A DNA stretch of 64,000 nt from assembly GCA_002399405.1 (NCBI GenBank), contig DHDP01000013.1, positions 150,784-214,783 on the forward strand, read 5' to 3'. The DNA is from Treponema sp. UBA4873 (GTDB lineage: Bacteria; Spirochaetota; Spirochaetia; Treponematales; Treponemataceae). Position numbers and translations under genes: made by a program. The notes below the pieces were generated by a model. It was not told the DNA's origin, did no database searches, and saw only the letters and a list, made by a program, of their open reading frames with translations. The number at the start of each line of letters is the position of its first letter. The first letter of the stretch is position 1. This document shows, piece after piece, positions 46,418-55,218 of the stretch.

Positions 46418-47569
46418 TTAATCGGCTTCATTCAGATACTCGAAAACGTAGTTAATGAGAAATTCAACTCCGTATTTCAGAACGCCTTCGTCGACTATCG
46501 TTTTGTTCGTATGGCCGACTGTATATTTCTCATTGACCGCAGCACCCACATGAATGAACGTTCCCGGTATAAATTTCTGATAAAGCGCAAAGTCCTCTCC
46601 GCCCATGAACGGTCTCCCCCATTTTACAGCTTTGCTGCCGTAAAGACGCTGTATGACTTTTACAGCCCTGTCGGTGCAGGTTTTGTCATTATTCACGGAA
46701 ACACCCGGCCCCCAGAAATCCGCGGCAACATCGGCACCTGCAGTCTCCGCTATATTTGCCGCGATTTCCCGTACCGATTTATTAAAAATGTACACATTTG
46801 ATTCCTGAAGCGTTCTGAAATTATACGATATATCGACAGATACAGGTTTGCCGTTTTCCTGATGAGTAGCTACGACAGTCGGGACGGTAACAACCTGCTC
46901 GTTCTGCGGATACCCGTATGCGGCAAGAGCGCTCACGTTGTTTATTATCTGCGACGCGGTAATTATGAGATTGGAAGTAAGGCTGTCGCGTTTTTTCAGA
47001 TGGATTTCGATGTTCGCGCCTATTGAACTCGCAATTCCGTATCCTACTTCGAATACGCCGAGATCGAGCGTCGTTGCATTATGAAGTCCTATGATAGTGT
47101 CAACATCATTCAGTCCGCCGGCTGCAACGATTTTTTTCGCTCCGGCGCCGATCTCTTCGCCTTCCTGAAAAAATATCTTTACGGTTCCGTGAATCTGCTC
47201 TTTCAGTTCATTGAGCAGCTTTGCAGTTCCAAGCATAAAAGTGATATGAGAGTCATGGCCGCAGGCATGCATAACGCCCTCGTTCTTCGACGAAAACGGA
47301 ACACCAGTTTCTTCTTCGACAGGCAGCGCATCAATGTCACCGCGCAGCGCTATTGTCTTTCCGGTTTTACTTCCTTTTATCGTTGCTATGATGCTCGTTG
47401 CGGGAATTTTTTCATAGCTTATGCCGAGCCTGTCGAGTTCGCCTGCAATATATTCGCAGGTTTTAAATTCCTGACTTCCAAGTTCGGGATATTCATGAAA
47501 ATGCTCGTAATTTTTTCTCAGATAGGTATCATTATCTTCGACAAGTTTTCTTATTTCTTCCTGTGACAT
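46418..47569 (-). CDS. M20D-family amidohydrolase (N-acyl-amino acid deacylase / YxeP-like)
   Basis: 383 aa with HEYPELGSQE, ALRGDIDALP, HACGHD, and C-terminal GGEDFALY..FIHVGA. Confidence 0.8.
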   Translation of the reverse strand: MSQEEIRKLVEDNDTYLRKNYEHFHEYPELGSQEFKTCEYIAGELDRLGISYEKIPATSIIATIKGSKTGKTIALRGDIDALPVEEETGVPFSSKNEGVMHACGHDSHITFMLGTAKLLNELKEQIHGTVKIFFQEGEEIGAGAKKIVAAGGLNDVDTIIGLHNATTLDLGVFEVGYGIASSIGANIEIHLKKRDSLTSNLIITASQIINNVSALAAYGYPQNEQVVTVPTVVATHQENGKPVSVDISYNFRTLQESNVYIFNKSVREIAANIAETAGADVAADFWGPGVSVNNDKTCTDRAVKVIQRLYGSKAVKWGRPFMGGEDFALYQKFIPGTFIHVGAAVNEKYTVGHTNKTIVDEGVLKYGVEFLINYVFEYLNEAD

Positions 47570-47584
47570 TTCCGACGCTCCCTG

Positions 47585-47947
47585 TTATTCACCGAACGCT
47601 ATATCGACAGTGCCTGCATTTACGGATGCGATTTTTTCCGCCGTGTCGGTTACTATTTTTCTTGTTTTTTCTATTTCGTCTTTCGTTTCGAAGACACCCT
47701 CGTATGTTATATCCGCCGTATCGGGAATAATATTCGATTTCTGCCCCGCATTGAATTCAACAGGTTCGAATCTGAAATTGTCGAAACTGTCGAATTCATA
47801 CGCAAGTCTTGCTGTTATGATATTTATTATTTCCGCAGCAGTGACTATAGGATCATGACATTTAAATGGAACGGAACTGTGTCCGCCTTTTCCGTTTACT
47901 GTAATTTTTGCAGAAAGTAAATTTGCTGCCATAACAGGCCTCCACAT
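47585..47947 (-). pseudogene. stand-alone fragment corresponding to the lid/dimerisation domain of an M20D amidohydrolase
   Basis: 120 aa. ITVNGKGGHSSVP..DPIVTAAEIINIIT..NAGQKSNIIPDTADITYEG matches the middle third of M20D enzymes. The N-terminal metal-binding half and the C-terminal part are absent. The ORF is squeezed between the ABC ATPase stop (47960) and the full-length M20D start (47569). Confidence 0.55.
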
Positions 47948-47959
47948 ATACTCAATTTA

Positions 47960-48718
47960 TTATATTGCATATTCCGGCGGAATCCTTACGTTATTTTTCG
48001 CGAGAAATTCCTTTGTACGGAGATTTTGCGGAGCGTTGAAAATCTGCTCCGGTGTTCCGCTTTCGACGATTCTGCCTTTTTCGAGAAAAATCACCTTTGT
48101 CGCTACGTTGTATACGAACGACATTTCGTGCGAAACGAGAATCATCGTATTGCCGTTCTCTGCTATTTTTCTGATTGTCTGAAGCACTTCCTCCACCAGT
48201 TCAGGGTCGAGCGCGGAAGTAGGTTCGTCGAACAGAAGCAGTTCCGGTTCCATAGCAAGCGCGCGTGCAATGGCAACCCGCTGCTGTTGTCCGCCCGACA
48301 AATGCTGCGGATAATAATCGCTCCTGTCGGAAAGGCCCACGAGCGACAATTCTTTTTCGGCGATCTTTTCAGCCTCTTCTCTACTCTTTTTCTTAACAAC
48401 AATAAGCCCTTCCATAACATTTTCAAGCGCTGTCTTTTTCTTAAAGAGATTAAACTGCTGAAACACCATGCCGATCCGCTTCCGCAGCTCTATTATGTCT
48501 TTCTTCGCATGCAGCACATAATCGAATTGAAAATCGTCCAATGAAATAGCTCCTCGTTCCGGTTTCTCAAGAAGGTCTATGCATCTCAAAAACGTCGACT
48601 TACCCGTTCCCGACGGACCTATAATTGCAACAACATCGCCCTTGCCGATTGAAACGCTCACTCCGTCAAGCACGGTGTTTCCGTTGAAAGATTTGTAAAT
48701 ATCTTTTATCTCAATCAT
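47960..48718 (-). CDS. polar amino acid ABC transporter ATP-binding protein (paralog of 36810-37574)
   Basis: GPSGTGKST, LSGGQQQRVAIARAL, LLFDEPTSALDPE. Confidence 0.88.
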   Translation of the reverse strand: MIEIKDIYKSFNGNTVLDGVSVSIGKGDVVAIIGPSGTGKSTFLRCIDLLEKPERGAISLDDFQFDYVLHAKKDIIELRKRIGMVFQQFNLFKKKTALENVMEGLIVVKKKSREEAEKIAEKELSLVGLSDRSDYYPQHLSGGQQQRVAIARALAMEPELLLFDEPTSALDPELVEEVLQTIRKIAENGNTMILVSHEMSFVYNVATKVIFLEKGRIVESGTPEQIFNAPQNLRTKEFLAKNNVRIPPEYAI

Positions 48719-48721
48719 ATG

Positions 48722-49477
48722 TTATTGTCCCCTGCATTCGGCAACGGCTACTTTTGCGGAATCGTTTTTTCCGACAACATCAGGCACTTTCACTGCTTTA
48801 CTGATAAGACGGATAATCTGTTCAAGCACAATAACAAGCGCCCAATAAATTACCGCGAGCGCAACGTATGCCTCAAAGTAGCGGTAATCGCGCCCTGCTA
48901 GAATTTTTCCCGCGGCCGTCATCTCTATGACAGAACAGCTGAACGCAAGCGACGTACCTTTTATTAATCCTATAAGCGTGTTGCCGAGCGGCTGAATCGC
49001 AAGCTCCACGGCCTCCGGAATGACGATTCTCCTGAGGGACTGCCACCCCGTCATACCGATTGCCTGCGCTGCTTCCACCTGTCCCTTGTCGACTGCTTCG
49101 AGCGCCGAGCTTATGACAACGGAGTTATATGCGGCCTGATTGAGCGCAAGCGCGGCTATCGCGTAAATAATCGGCGGAATGGCCGCTACGTTGTAATCTG
49201 TTCCGTTCCAGTAATTAAGGTACTGAAGAAAAATCGGTATGCCGAAATACGAAACGTACAGCTGCACAATAATCGGCGTTCCCCGTATCACCGAGATGAA
49301 AACGATCGACAGCTGATTCAGCACTTTGATTTTTTTTATGCGGATAACCGCGATAACGAAACCGAGCAGCAGGCCCAGCACCATCGACCATAATGTCAAA
49401 TATAACGTAACGGGAAGATATTTCAACATTGCGGCAATATCAGTGCCGACAACCTTTATATCGAACAGATTCAGCAT
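48722..49477 (-). CDS. polar amino acid ABC transporter permease (paralog of 37571-38314)
   Basis: 251 aa. VDKGQVEAAQAIGMTGWQSLRRIVIPEA. Confidence 0.85.
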   Translation of the reverse strand: MLNLFDIKVVGTDIAAMLKYLPVTLYLTLWSMVLGLLLGFVIAVIRIKKIKVLNQLSIVFISVIRGTPIIVQLYVSYFGIPIFLQYLNYWNGTDYNVAAIPPIIYAIAALALNQAAYNSVVISSALEAVDKGQVEAAQAIGMTGWQSLRRIVIPEAVELAIQPLGNTLIGLIKGTSLAFSCSVIEMTAAGKILAGRDYRYFEAYVALAVIYWALVIVLEQIIRLISKAVKVPDVVGKNDSAKVAVAECRGQ

Positions 49478-49489
49478 AGCGGCCTCTGT

Positions 49490-50386
49490 TTATTTACCGT
49501 CGGTAATTTCGTGCGCTTTTTCCACATCCGCGAGCGCAGGGGCAATGTTTTTCCCTTCGAAATATTTTCCGCTGATAGTTCCGATTGTTCCGTCCGCAAG
49601 CGCTTCTCGGTATGCCTTGTTCATGTCAGCAGCAAGCTGAGGATTTTTTTTCGAAACTATGAAAAAATTTCCGAGCGTAAGCAGCGGGCCGCCGACTGCT
49701 CCGAGTTCCTCCTTCGTTACATCAATAAATTGAAGTCCCTTTATTCCCGCATTCTTAACCTGGCTCTTCATAGAAACTGTCGTAAAGAAATAAAAATCTA
49801 TCTTGCCGGCCGACACGTCGACCGGATACGTATTAACGTTGTCGACGTATATCAGTTTCACCGGATTTTCGGGATGCTGTTTATTATACGTCTCGAACAA
49901 ATTGGCGTTATACGAAGACGAATCGACTTCAGTTGTATGGCCGCCGATGTCCTTAAACGATTTGATTTCGCTGTTTCCCTGTTTAACAAGAAGCGCGTGC
50001 GGATCAAAAGCATATTCATCCGTAAAGATGTATTTTTCGCCGCGCGATTTATTGTAGCCGAAATGATTGCATCCGACCTGATATAATCCCGCATCGATGC
50101 CGGTGAATATCGAAGGAAATTCAGTTATCTGAATGCTGAATTCGTACCGGGGAAGGCGACTGAAAATTTCCGTGAGCACTTCTATATCATACCCGGTTAA
50201 TTTTCCGCTGTTATCCACCGTTACGAACGGAGCAGGACCTCCGCTCGTTGCCGCGACAATCCTCTGTTTTTGAACGGAAGAACCGTCGTTCTTTTTTTTG
50301 CTCTTCGAAAATCCGCCGAAGACAACAGTCGTCATCATGAATACAGCCGCCAGAACACGCACTGCGGAATTATTTATTTTTTTCAT
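49490..50386 (-). CDS. amino acid ABC transporter substrate-binding protein (family 3 SBP)
   Basis: 298 aa with a signal peptide and the type-3 SBP pattern. First gene after leader copy B. Confidence 0.8.
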   Translation of the reverse strand: MKKINNSAVRVLAAVFMMTTVVFGGFSKSKKKNDGSSVQKQRIVAATSGGPAPFVTVDNSGKLTGYDIEVLTEIFSRLPRYEFSIQITEFPSIFTGIDAGLYQVGCNHFGYNKSRGEKYIFTDEYAFDPHALLVKQGNSEIKSFKDIGGHTTEVDSSSYNANLFETYNKQHPENPVKLIYVDNVNTYPVDVSAGKIDFYFFTTVSMKSQVKNAGIKGLQFIDVTKEELGAVGGPLLTLGNFFIVSKKNPQLAADMNKAYREALADGTIGTISGKYFEGKNIAPALADVEKAHEITDGK

Positions 50387-50627
50387 ATTGATGCCTCCTT
50401 GAATATGAAAATGAAGTGAAAATAAAAAAAAGGTTCCGACACCGCTTTTTAAATTGCGGTATCGGAACCTCCGGTTATCCAGTCAGTTCCTCGGGAAACA
50501 CATCCCGTAATACTACCCGGGACTGCTGAGTAAATCCTGCCGGTTCAATCAGCCGTCCCGTGTTCCTTATTTACCTAGTTTTACAATAGGTTTTGAGCAT
50601 AATATAATCGATTCAGCTGTTTGTCAA
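50387..50627 (-). promoter_or_regulatory. promoter plus structured 5' leader with intrinsic terminator (leader copy B)
   Basis: TTGACA (50627-50622), 17 nt spacer, TATTAT (50604-50599). ACCTA-N9-TAGGT at 50573-50591. The core (reverse complement of 50464-50490) is identical to copy A except for the last bases. A 14-bp stem (50432-50445 with 50456-50469) is followed by U8 (50424-50431). Confidence 0.7.
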
Positions 50628-50675
50628 GTATTTTAGTGGGATTTGGAGAATTATACGAAAATAATATTATTATTT

Positions 50676-51926
50676 TCAAAGGAAAACGCGGAACGTAGTG
50701 CCCTGGCCCGGAACACTCTCCGCCCTGATGCTGCCGCCGTGTGCTTTGACGAGCGCATATGCGATAGTAAGGCCGATGCCTGAACCGCCTGTCGCGCGCG
50801 CCCGGGATTTATCAGTCCGGTAAAACCGCTCGAAAATATGCGGCAGCTCTCCGGGGGCTATTCCGATTCCCGTGTCGGAAATGTCCGTTTCCTTTCCGTC
50901 GGAACGGATCGTGATGCCGCCGCTGTCCGTGTATTTCACCGCGTTCGACAGGATGTTTACAAAGACCTGCCTGATGCGGTCGTAATCCGCGTACACTGTT
51001 TCTGAATGAAGATCAAGTTTGATGGAGATGCCTTTTTTGAACGCAGCGCCCCGGAATTGTTCAGCCGTTGCTTCCAGAAGGTCAGCCAGGTCGAACTCCG
51101 TCTTGTGCAGCGTAATATGCTCCCATTCAATGTCGGTCAGAAGCGAAAGGTCCGTCACCAGTTTCGACAGCCGCTGTATTTCCTCGCTGCAGCCGGCAAG
51201 CCTGTCGGGGGTCGGTTCCCAGATGCCGTCGGTGAGCGCCTCCATACTCCCCTGAAGACAGGCAAGAGGAGTGCGCAGCTCGTGGGCAACGTCGGTCGTA
51301 AGCTGCCGCTGTTTTTTGTCCGCCTCGTTCAGAACAAGCGACGCCAGCGCGACGGCGATGACGATGCTGACTGCCGTAAAAACGGCAAGCGAAAGGAAAA
51401 AAAGCCTGTTCAGTGAAAAAAGAAACACGGATTCGCCTTTGCTGTAAAACAGTGGACCGAACGTCTCGATTGTGATGAAACCGACAGCTCTGCCCGCGTA
51501 CGACAGGGGATACTCCAGAATCTGAGGCGTACCGCCGGCTTTACCTAGTTTATTCATCCTGCTGCGTATCTCGTTCAAAACCCGGTTGCATTCCGCCATA
51601 TCGCACACGCGGGCGTCCCAGACAATACGTCCCTCTGTATCCCTCACTGTGACTATGTACCCTTCATGCGTAAAATGCATGCCGAGCGCCTCGACCGTCC
51701 TCACGTCGAAGCGTTCGGACAGCGGATCGTACAGTTCCGAGATTGAACGAAGAATTTCCTGCTGTTTTTCTGCAATGGCTTCGGATACGAGACCGGAGAA
51801 CAGCGACTGCGTAAAACGGTTTATACCGGCAGTCAGTACAATCAGCGCAAGACTGATGCAGAACGCATAGATAAGAATGAGACGCTGTTTGAGCGTCGGC
51901 CTGAAAAGTGCAGATATACGTTTCAC
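50676..51926 (-). CDS. sensor histidine kinase (two TM segments, HisKA, HATPase_c)
   Basis: H-box TTDVAHELRTPL, N-box ILSNAVKYT, G-boxes DTGIGI and GGSGIGL. Confidence 0.88.
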   Translation of the reverse strand: MKRISALFRPTLKQRLILIYAFCISLALIVLTAGINRFTQSLFSGLVSEAIAEKQQEILRSISELYDPLSERFDVRTVEALGMHFTHEGYIVTVRDTEGRIVWDARVCDMAECNRVLNEIRSRMNKLGKAGGTPQILEYPLSYAGRAVGFITIETFGPLFYSKGESVFLFSLNRLFFLSLAVFTAVSIVIAVALASLVLNEADKKQRQLTTDVAHELRTPLACLQGSMEALTDGIWEPTPDRLAGCSEEIQRLSKLVTDLSLLTDIEWEHITLHKTEFDLADLLEATAEQFRGAAFKKGISIKLDLHSETVYADYDRIRQVFVNILSNAVKYTDSGGITIRSDGKETDISDTGIGIAPGELPHIFERFYRTDKSRARATGGSGIGLTIAYALVKAHGGSIRAESVPGQGTTFRVFL

Positions 51927-51941
51927 CGTGCATACCCCGCC

Positions 51942-52643
51942 TTACAGTATACAGCGGTAACCCATGCCGTACACGGTTTCAATATATTTCGGTTCTTTCG
52001 GACTGTCCGAAAGTTTTTTCCGCAGGTTTTTAATATGCAGATCTATAGACCTGTCGGAACTGCCCGAATCGTCGTTTCCGATATGCGCAGTGATTTCATC
52101 GCGCGTAAAAATCTTTCCGGGTCTCGATACGAGCAGCACGAGAATCCGGTATTCGTTTCCGGTAAGCAGCACGGGCTCGCCGGAGCGCAGCACCGTCCGC
52201 TTTTCGCAGTCGATCACAAGGTCCGAAAATGAAACGGTTCCCGCCGTTTCCGGCTGCGCGCTCCGCCTGAGGATTGCGCCTATCCGCGCCGTCAGTTCGC
52301 GCGGACTGAACGGCTTCGTTACGTAGTCGTCCGCCCCCATATTCAGTCCGTGGATAATGCTCTGCTCGTCGGTTTTCGCGGTAATCATGATTACAGGAAC
52401 GTTTTTACGGCATCCGCTGTAAAAACCGTCCCTGATCCGGCTGCACAGCAATTCTCCCGGGATGTCAGGCAGCATGAGGTCAAGCAGCACGAATGAAATC
52501 TGCTCGCTGTCCAGAATGTTCTGGGCCCCGCTTCCGCTCTGAGCGCACAAAACCCGGTAACCGGCGTGTTCAAGATATGCGCGGAGCGTTTCAAGAATTT
52601 TCGGTTCGTCGTCGACGGCCAGAATTGTCTGTTTGTCGTTCAT
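51942..52643 (-). CDS. OmpR-family response regulator
   Basis: Receiver ILAVDDEPKI..VLLDLMLPD, winged-helix C-terminus (YIETVYGMGYR). Start at ATG 52643; the longer ORF to 52772 adds a non-homologous hydrophobic extension. Confidence 0.88.
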   Translation of the reverse strand: MNDKQTILAVDDEPKILETLRAYLEHAGYRVLCAQSGSGAQNILDSEQISFVLLDLMLPDIPGELLCSRIRDGFYSGCRKNVPVIMITAKTDEQSIIHGLNMGADDYVTKPFSPRELTARIGAILRRSAQPETAGTVSFSDLVIDCEKRTVLRSGEPVLLTGNEYRILVLLVSRPGKIFTRDEITAHIGNDDSGSSDRSIDLHIKNLRKKLSDSPKEPKYIETVYGMGYRCIL

Positions 52644-52695
52644 GTATCCCCCGCAAAAAATCAAACGAAGCCGATGATTGCACGCGAAGCCACAA

Positions 52696-54603
52696 TCAAT
52701 AGCCTCCCGAGCCGCCGCCTGCACAGCAGCTGCCGCTGCTGCCAGTATTATAATAATCGTCGGGATATACAAGTGTTTCGAACGACGATGCCTCCTTTTT
52801 TACCGCCGCCGTGTCTATTTTTGATATATCGTCGACAGTTTTGACGTATCCGAAGAAGATACTGTCTCCTGTCGAGAATCCGAAACTTTCGCGGGGCATC
52901 ACGAACAGACTGTTCTCGGACTGCTTTTCAAGCGGCACTATCGTCGTATACGCGGGAACTCTGAGTTCCGCGCTGCCGTCGTCGTCCGATTTGTTGCTGA
53001 TAATCCACTGCGCAGGGATATCCTTCTGAAGCACTACGACGGCGGGCGAAAATCCTTCGTCGGTGAGCGTTATGCGTACTGTCTGGATATTCTGTCCTTC
53101 GTACGTATCCGGCCGGGCAACGGCAATTTCGTCCACCGGAATCGTGTAGCCGGAAGGCTTCGGCCCCTGCTGGTCGGGTTCGGAGGCTGCGGCGTCGAGC
53201 GAGGCCTGGTCGGCTACGACTTTTATGGAACTCCTTATCATGCCCATCCAGCAGCTGTAGCGGAACGTGCCCGTTTTGTCGGGGGTGAACGTAATTGTAT
53301 TTTCGCCCGTTTTAAATTGATATTGGATGTTGTATTCCGGAATAATCATCCTGTTGTTGCATCCGTTGATGCTTCCGGGAGGCGCGTTGATTGTCCATTT
53401 TACGGGAACGCCCTGCCTGACGGTAATCGACGGATATCTGCCGGAAGCGAGAGTCGAGCTCACGGTCTGCACTCCGTTTTCCGTTTTTGCGGCGGAGCTG
53501 CCGGATGCTGGTTTTCCCGTACTCTGTGCGGCCGATACGGCGCTGGCGGGAAGAAATCTGTCGAGCGACAGGCCCGAAAGTACCCAGCCCTGAGAAAACA
53601 TGGTGATTCCCATAACAGTCACGATGCACGCCCCTACGGTCATGACGCGGTGCGTGAACTTTTTGCTCAGCACAGTGCTCAGCACGCCGAGTCCGAACAT
53701 GAGCGGAACTGTTCCAAGCGCAAACAGCAGCATAGCCGCAGCTCCGCGGAGTGCGCTGCCGGAGGCAAGCGCATACAGCTGCATCGCCTGCAGCGGTCCG
53801 CACGGCATAAGTCCGTTGAGCAGCCCTATAACAAAAGGATTCGTGTTCGTACCTTTTATGCGGTTCAGTTTCGAACCGAGACGGGCCGGCATATGCGGCA
53901 CGATATACCGTAAAAACGGAAACAGGCCGAGCATGTTTATTCCCATGATGACCATGAAAACTCCGGCAGCAAGCTGCACCGCCCCGCGCGCTTTGCCGGA
54001 GAACGAAAACACCGAGCCGATGCCGCCCGCAATGCCGCCTGTTATCGTATAGGAAACAACCCGGCCTCCGTTGTACAGCAGACTCGGAAAGAGAGAGCTT
54101 TTTACTCCGGCCGGACTGCCGTTCCGCGCCAGTGTCTGGGAAAGATTGATTCCCCCGCACATCGCAATACAGTGAACGGAGGTGATGAGCCCTATGACGA
54201 ACATCATGCCGAGTCCCATCCCCGCCTCCGCCGTCGGGAATGCGCTGAAAATCGACGCACCGTAACGGTCGAACAGCAGCGCCGCCGTGACGATGACTGC
54301 AAGCAGACCGAAAGCCCGTGCCCAGACAGGAGTCCGGGGCTGAGTCTGAATCACGTCGTCGTTTCCGGAAATACCGTAGCCGAGCTCTTCGACGATTTTC
54401 CTGATGTCGGACGACGAAACGATCGCGGTGTCGTAGACGACCTTAGCCGTACCTGCGCGGTAACTGACGATAACTGATTTGACACCGTCTGTCGACGCCA
54501 GTTTCTGCTCGATTCTGTTCTGGCAGGCGATGCACGACATACCGGTTATACGGAAAAACTCCGTTTTCACCGTGGATTCCTGAGATTGTTCACTGTGTTC
54601 CAT
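52696..54603 (-). CDS. multidomain membrane protein: N-terminal HMA metal-binding domain, DsbD_2/TauE-like polytopic domain, two cupredoxin-like domains and a Cys-Cys/Gly-rich tail
   Basis: GMSCIACQNRIE (HMA CxxC). Membrane core with SVHCIAMCGG and LMPCGPLQ. YPSITVRQGVPVKWTINAPPGSINGCNNRMIIP..FRYSCWMGM (cupredoxin-like). C-terminus SSGSCCAGGGSGGY. Confidence 0.65.
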   Translation of the reverse strand: MEHSEQSQESTVKTEFFRITGMSCIACQNRIEQKLASTDGVKSVIVSYRAGTAKVVYDTAIVSSSDIRKIVEELGYGISGNDDVIQTQPRTPVWARAFGLLAVIVTAALLFDRYGASIFSAFPTAEAGMGLGMMFVIGLITSVHCIAMCGGINLSQTLARNGSPAGVKSSLFPSLLYNGGRVVSYTITGGIAGGIGSVFSFSGKARGAVQLAAGVFMVIMGINMLGLFPFLRYIVPHMPARLGSKLNRIKGTNTNPFVIGLLNGLMPCGPLQAMQLYALASGSALRGAAAMLLFALGTVPLMFGLGVLSTVLSKKFTHRVMTVGACIVTVMGITMFSQGWVLSGLSLDRFLPASAVSAAQSTGKPASGSSAAKTENGVQTVSSTLASGRYPSITVRQGVPVKWTINAPPGSINGCNNRMIIPEYNIQYQFKTGENTITFTPDKTGTFRYSCWMGMIRSSIKVVADQASLDAAASEPDQQGPKPSGYTIPVDEIAVARPDTYEGQNIQTVRITLTDEGFSPAVVVLQKDIPAQWIISNKSDDDGSAELRVPAYTTIVPLEKQSENSLFVMPRESFGFSTGDSIFFGYVKTVDDISKIDTAAVKKEASSFETLVYPDDYYNTGSSGSCCAGGGSGGY

Positions 54604-54605
54604 AA

Positions 54606-55106
54606 TCAGCTTCTTTTCCAGTTTCCGAAGATTGATTTTGCCTGCTTCAGCAGCGCAAGAGGTACGGTGATTTTCGTGTCGGTCTCCTGCTTGTACTGTT
54701 CGGGAACAGGGACAGGATTACATCCGCCCGCACGCACGCCCACCTGGCTCATACGGAACCTGTTGCCGCAGTTCTGGCAGACAAGCACGCTTCCTTCCTG
54801 CCGGTAAAATCCGCGGCCGGAATTGTAGCAGACCTGGCACGTATTGAACGCTGTTCTCACAGTTCCGTCAGGAGCGCGCACCGCGAGCACTTCAATCCGC
54901 GTGCCGTCTATGTCGGCCGGGAAGAACACCGCGTTTTTGCCGATTTCGGAGACGTTGATGACAATGTCGCTGTTTTTTACCGCAGACCGCACCGTGTTAA
55001 GGGCGGACGTCCCTGACTGGGCCGCGGCGCGCGCAGCACCGGCAGCTGCAAACATGCCGGTGAAAAAAAGCACCTGAAAAATCTTTTTGGACGGATTAAA
55101 TTTCAT
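54606..55106 (-). CDS. DUF2318-like Cys-rich exported/membrane protein
   Basis: Signal/anchor segment, then CQVCYNSGRGFY..VCQNCGNRFR..GGCNPVP (four-Cys zinc-ribbon-like pattern). ATG at 55106 with AAGGAA upstream. Confidence 0.5.
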   Translation of the reverse strand: MKFNPSKKIFQVLFFTGMFAAAGAARAAAQSGTSALNTVRSAVKNSDIVINVSEIGKNAVFFPADIDGTRIEVLAVRAPDGTVRTAFNTCQVCYNSGRGFYRQEGSVLVCQNCGNRFRMSQVGVRAGGCNPVPVPEQYKQETDTKITVPLALLKQAKSIFGNWKRS

Positions 55107-55218
55107 TTCTGTGTTCCTTACTGTCTGAATTTCAGAACCTCTATGTTCCGATACATCCAAATATAAGGGACAACTGTGTATAAATTATGTAGCCGGCGGA
55201 AACAATTTTACAAAACAG

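Noticed and set aside
50483-50503. Possible Cys-containing leader peptide in leader B (ATG TGT TTC CCG AGG AAC TGA = MCFPRN)
   Set aside because: It has no Shine-Dalgarno sequence. The ATG is not conserved in copy A (GGGAAGCG at the same place) and is absent in copy C. A different short ORF in copy A (MRIYSACSA) is at a non-homologous position.
53312-54160. 282-aa minus-strand and 198-aa plus-strand ORFs inside the HMA-membrane-cupredoxin gene
   Set aside because: These are alternative frames of a gene with coherent TM and domain structure. Their translations are R/A/G-rich, typical of off-frame GC-rich DNA.
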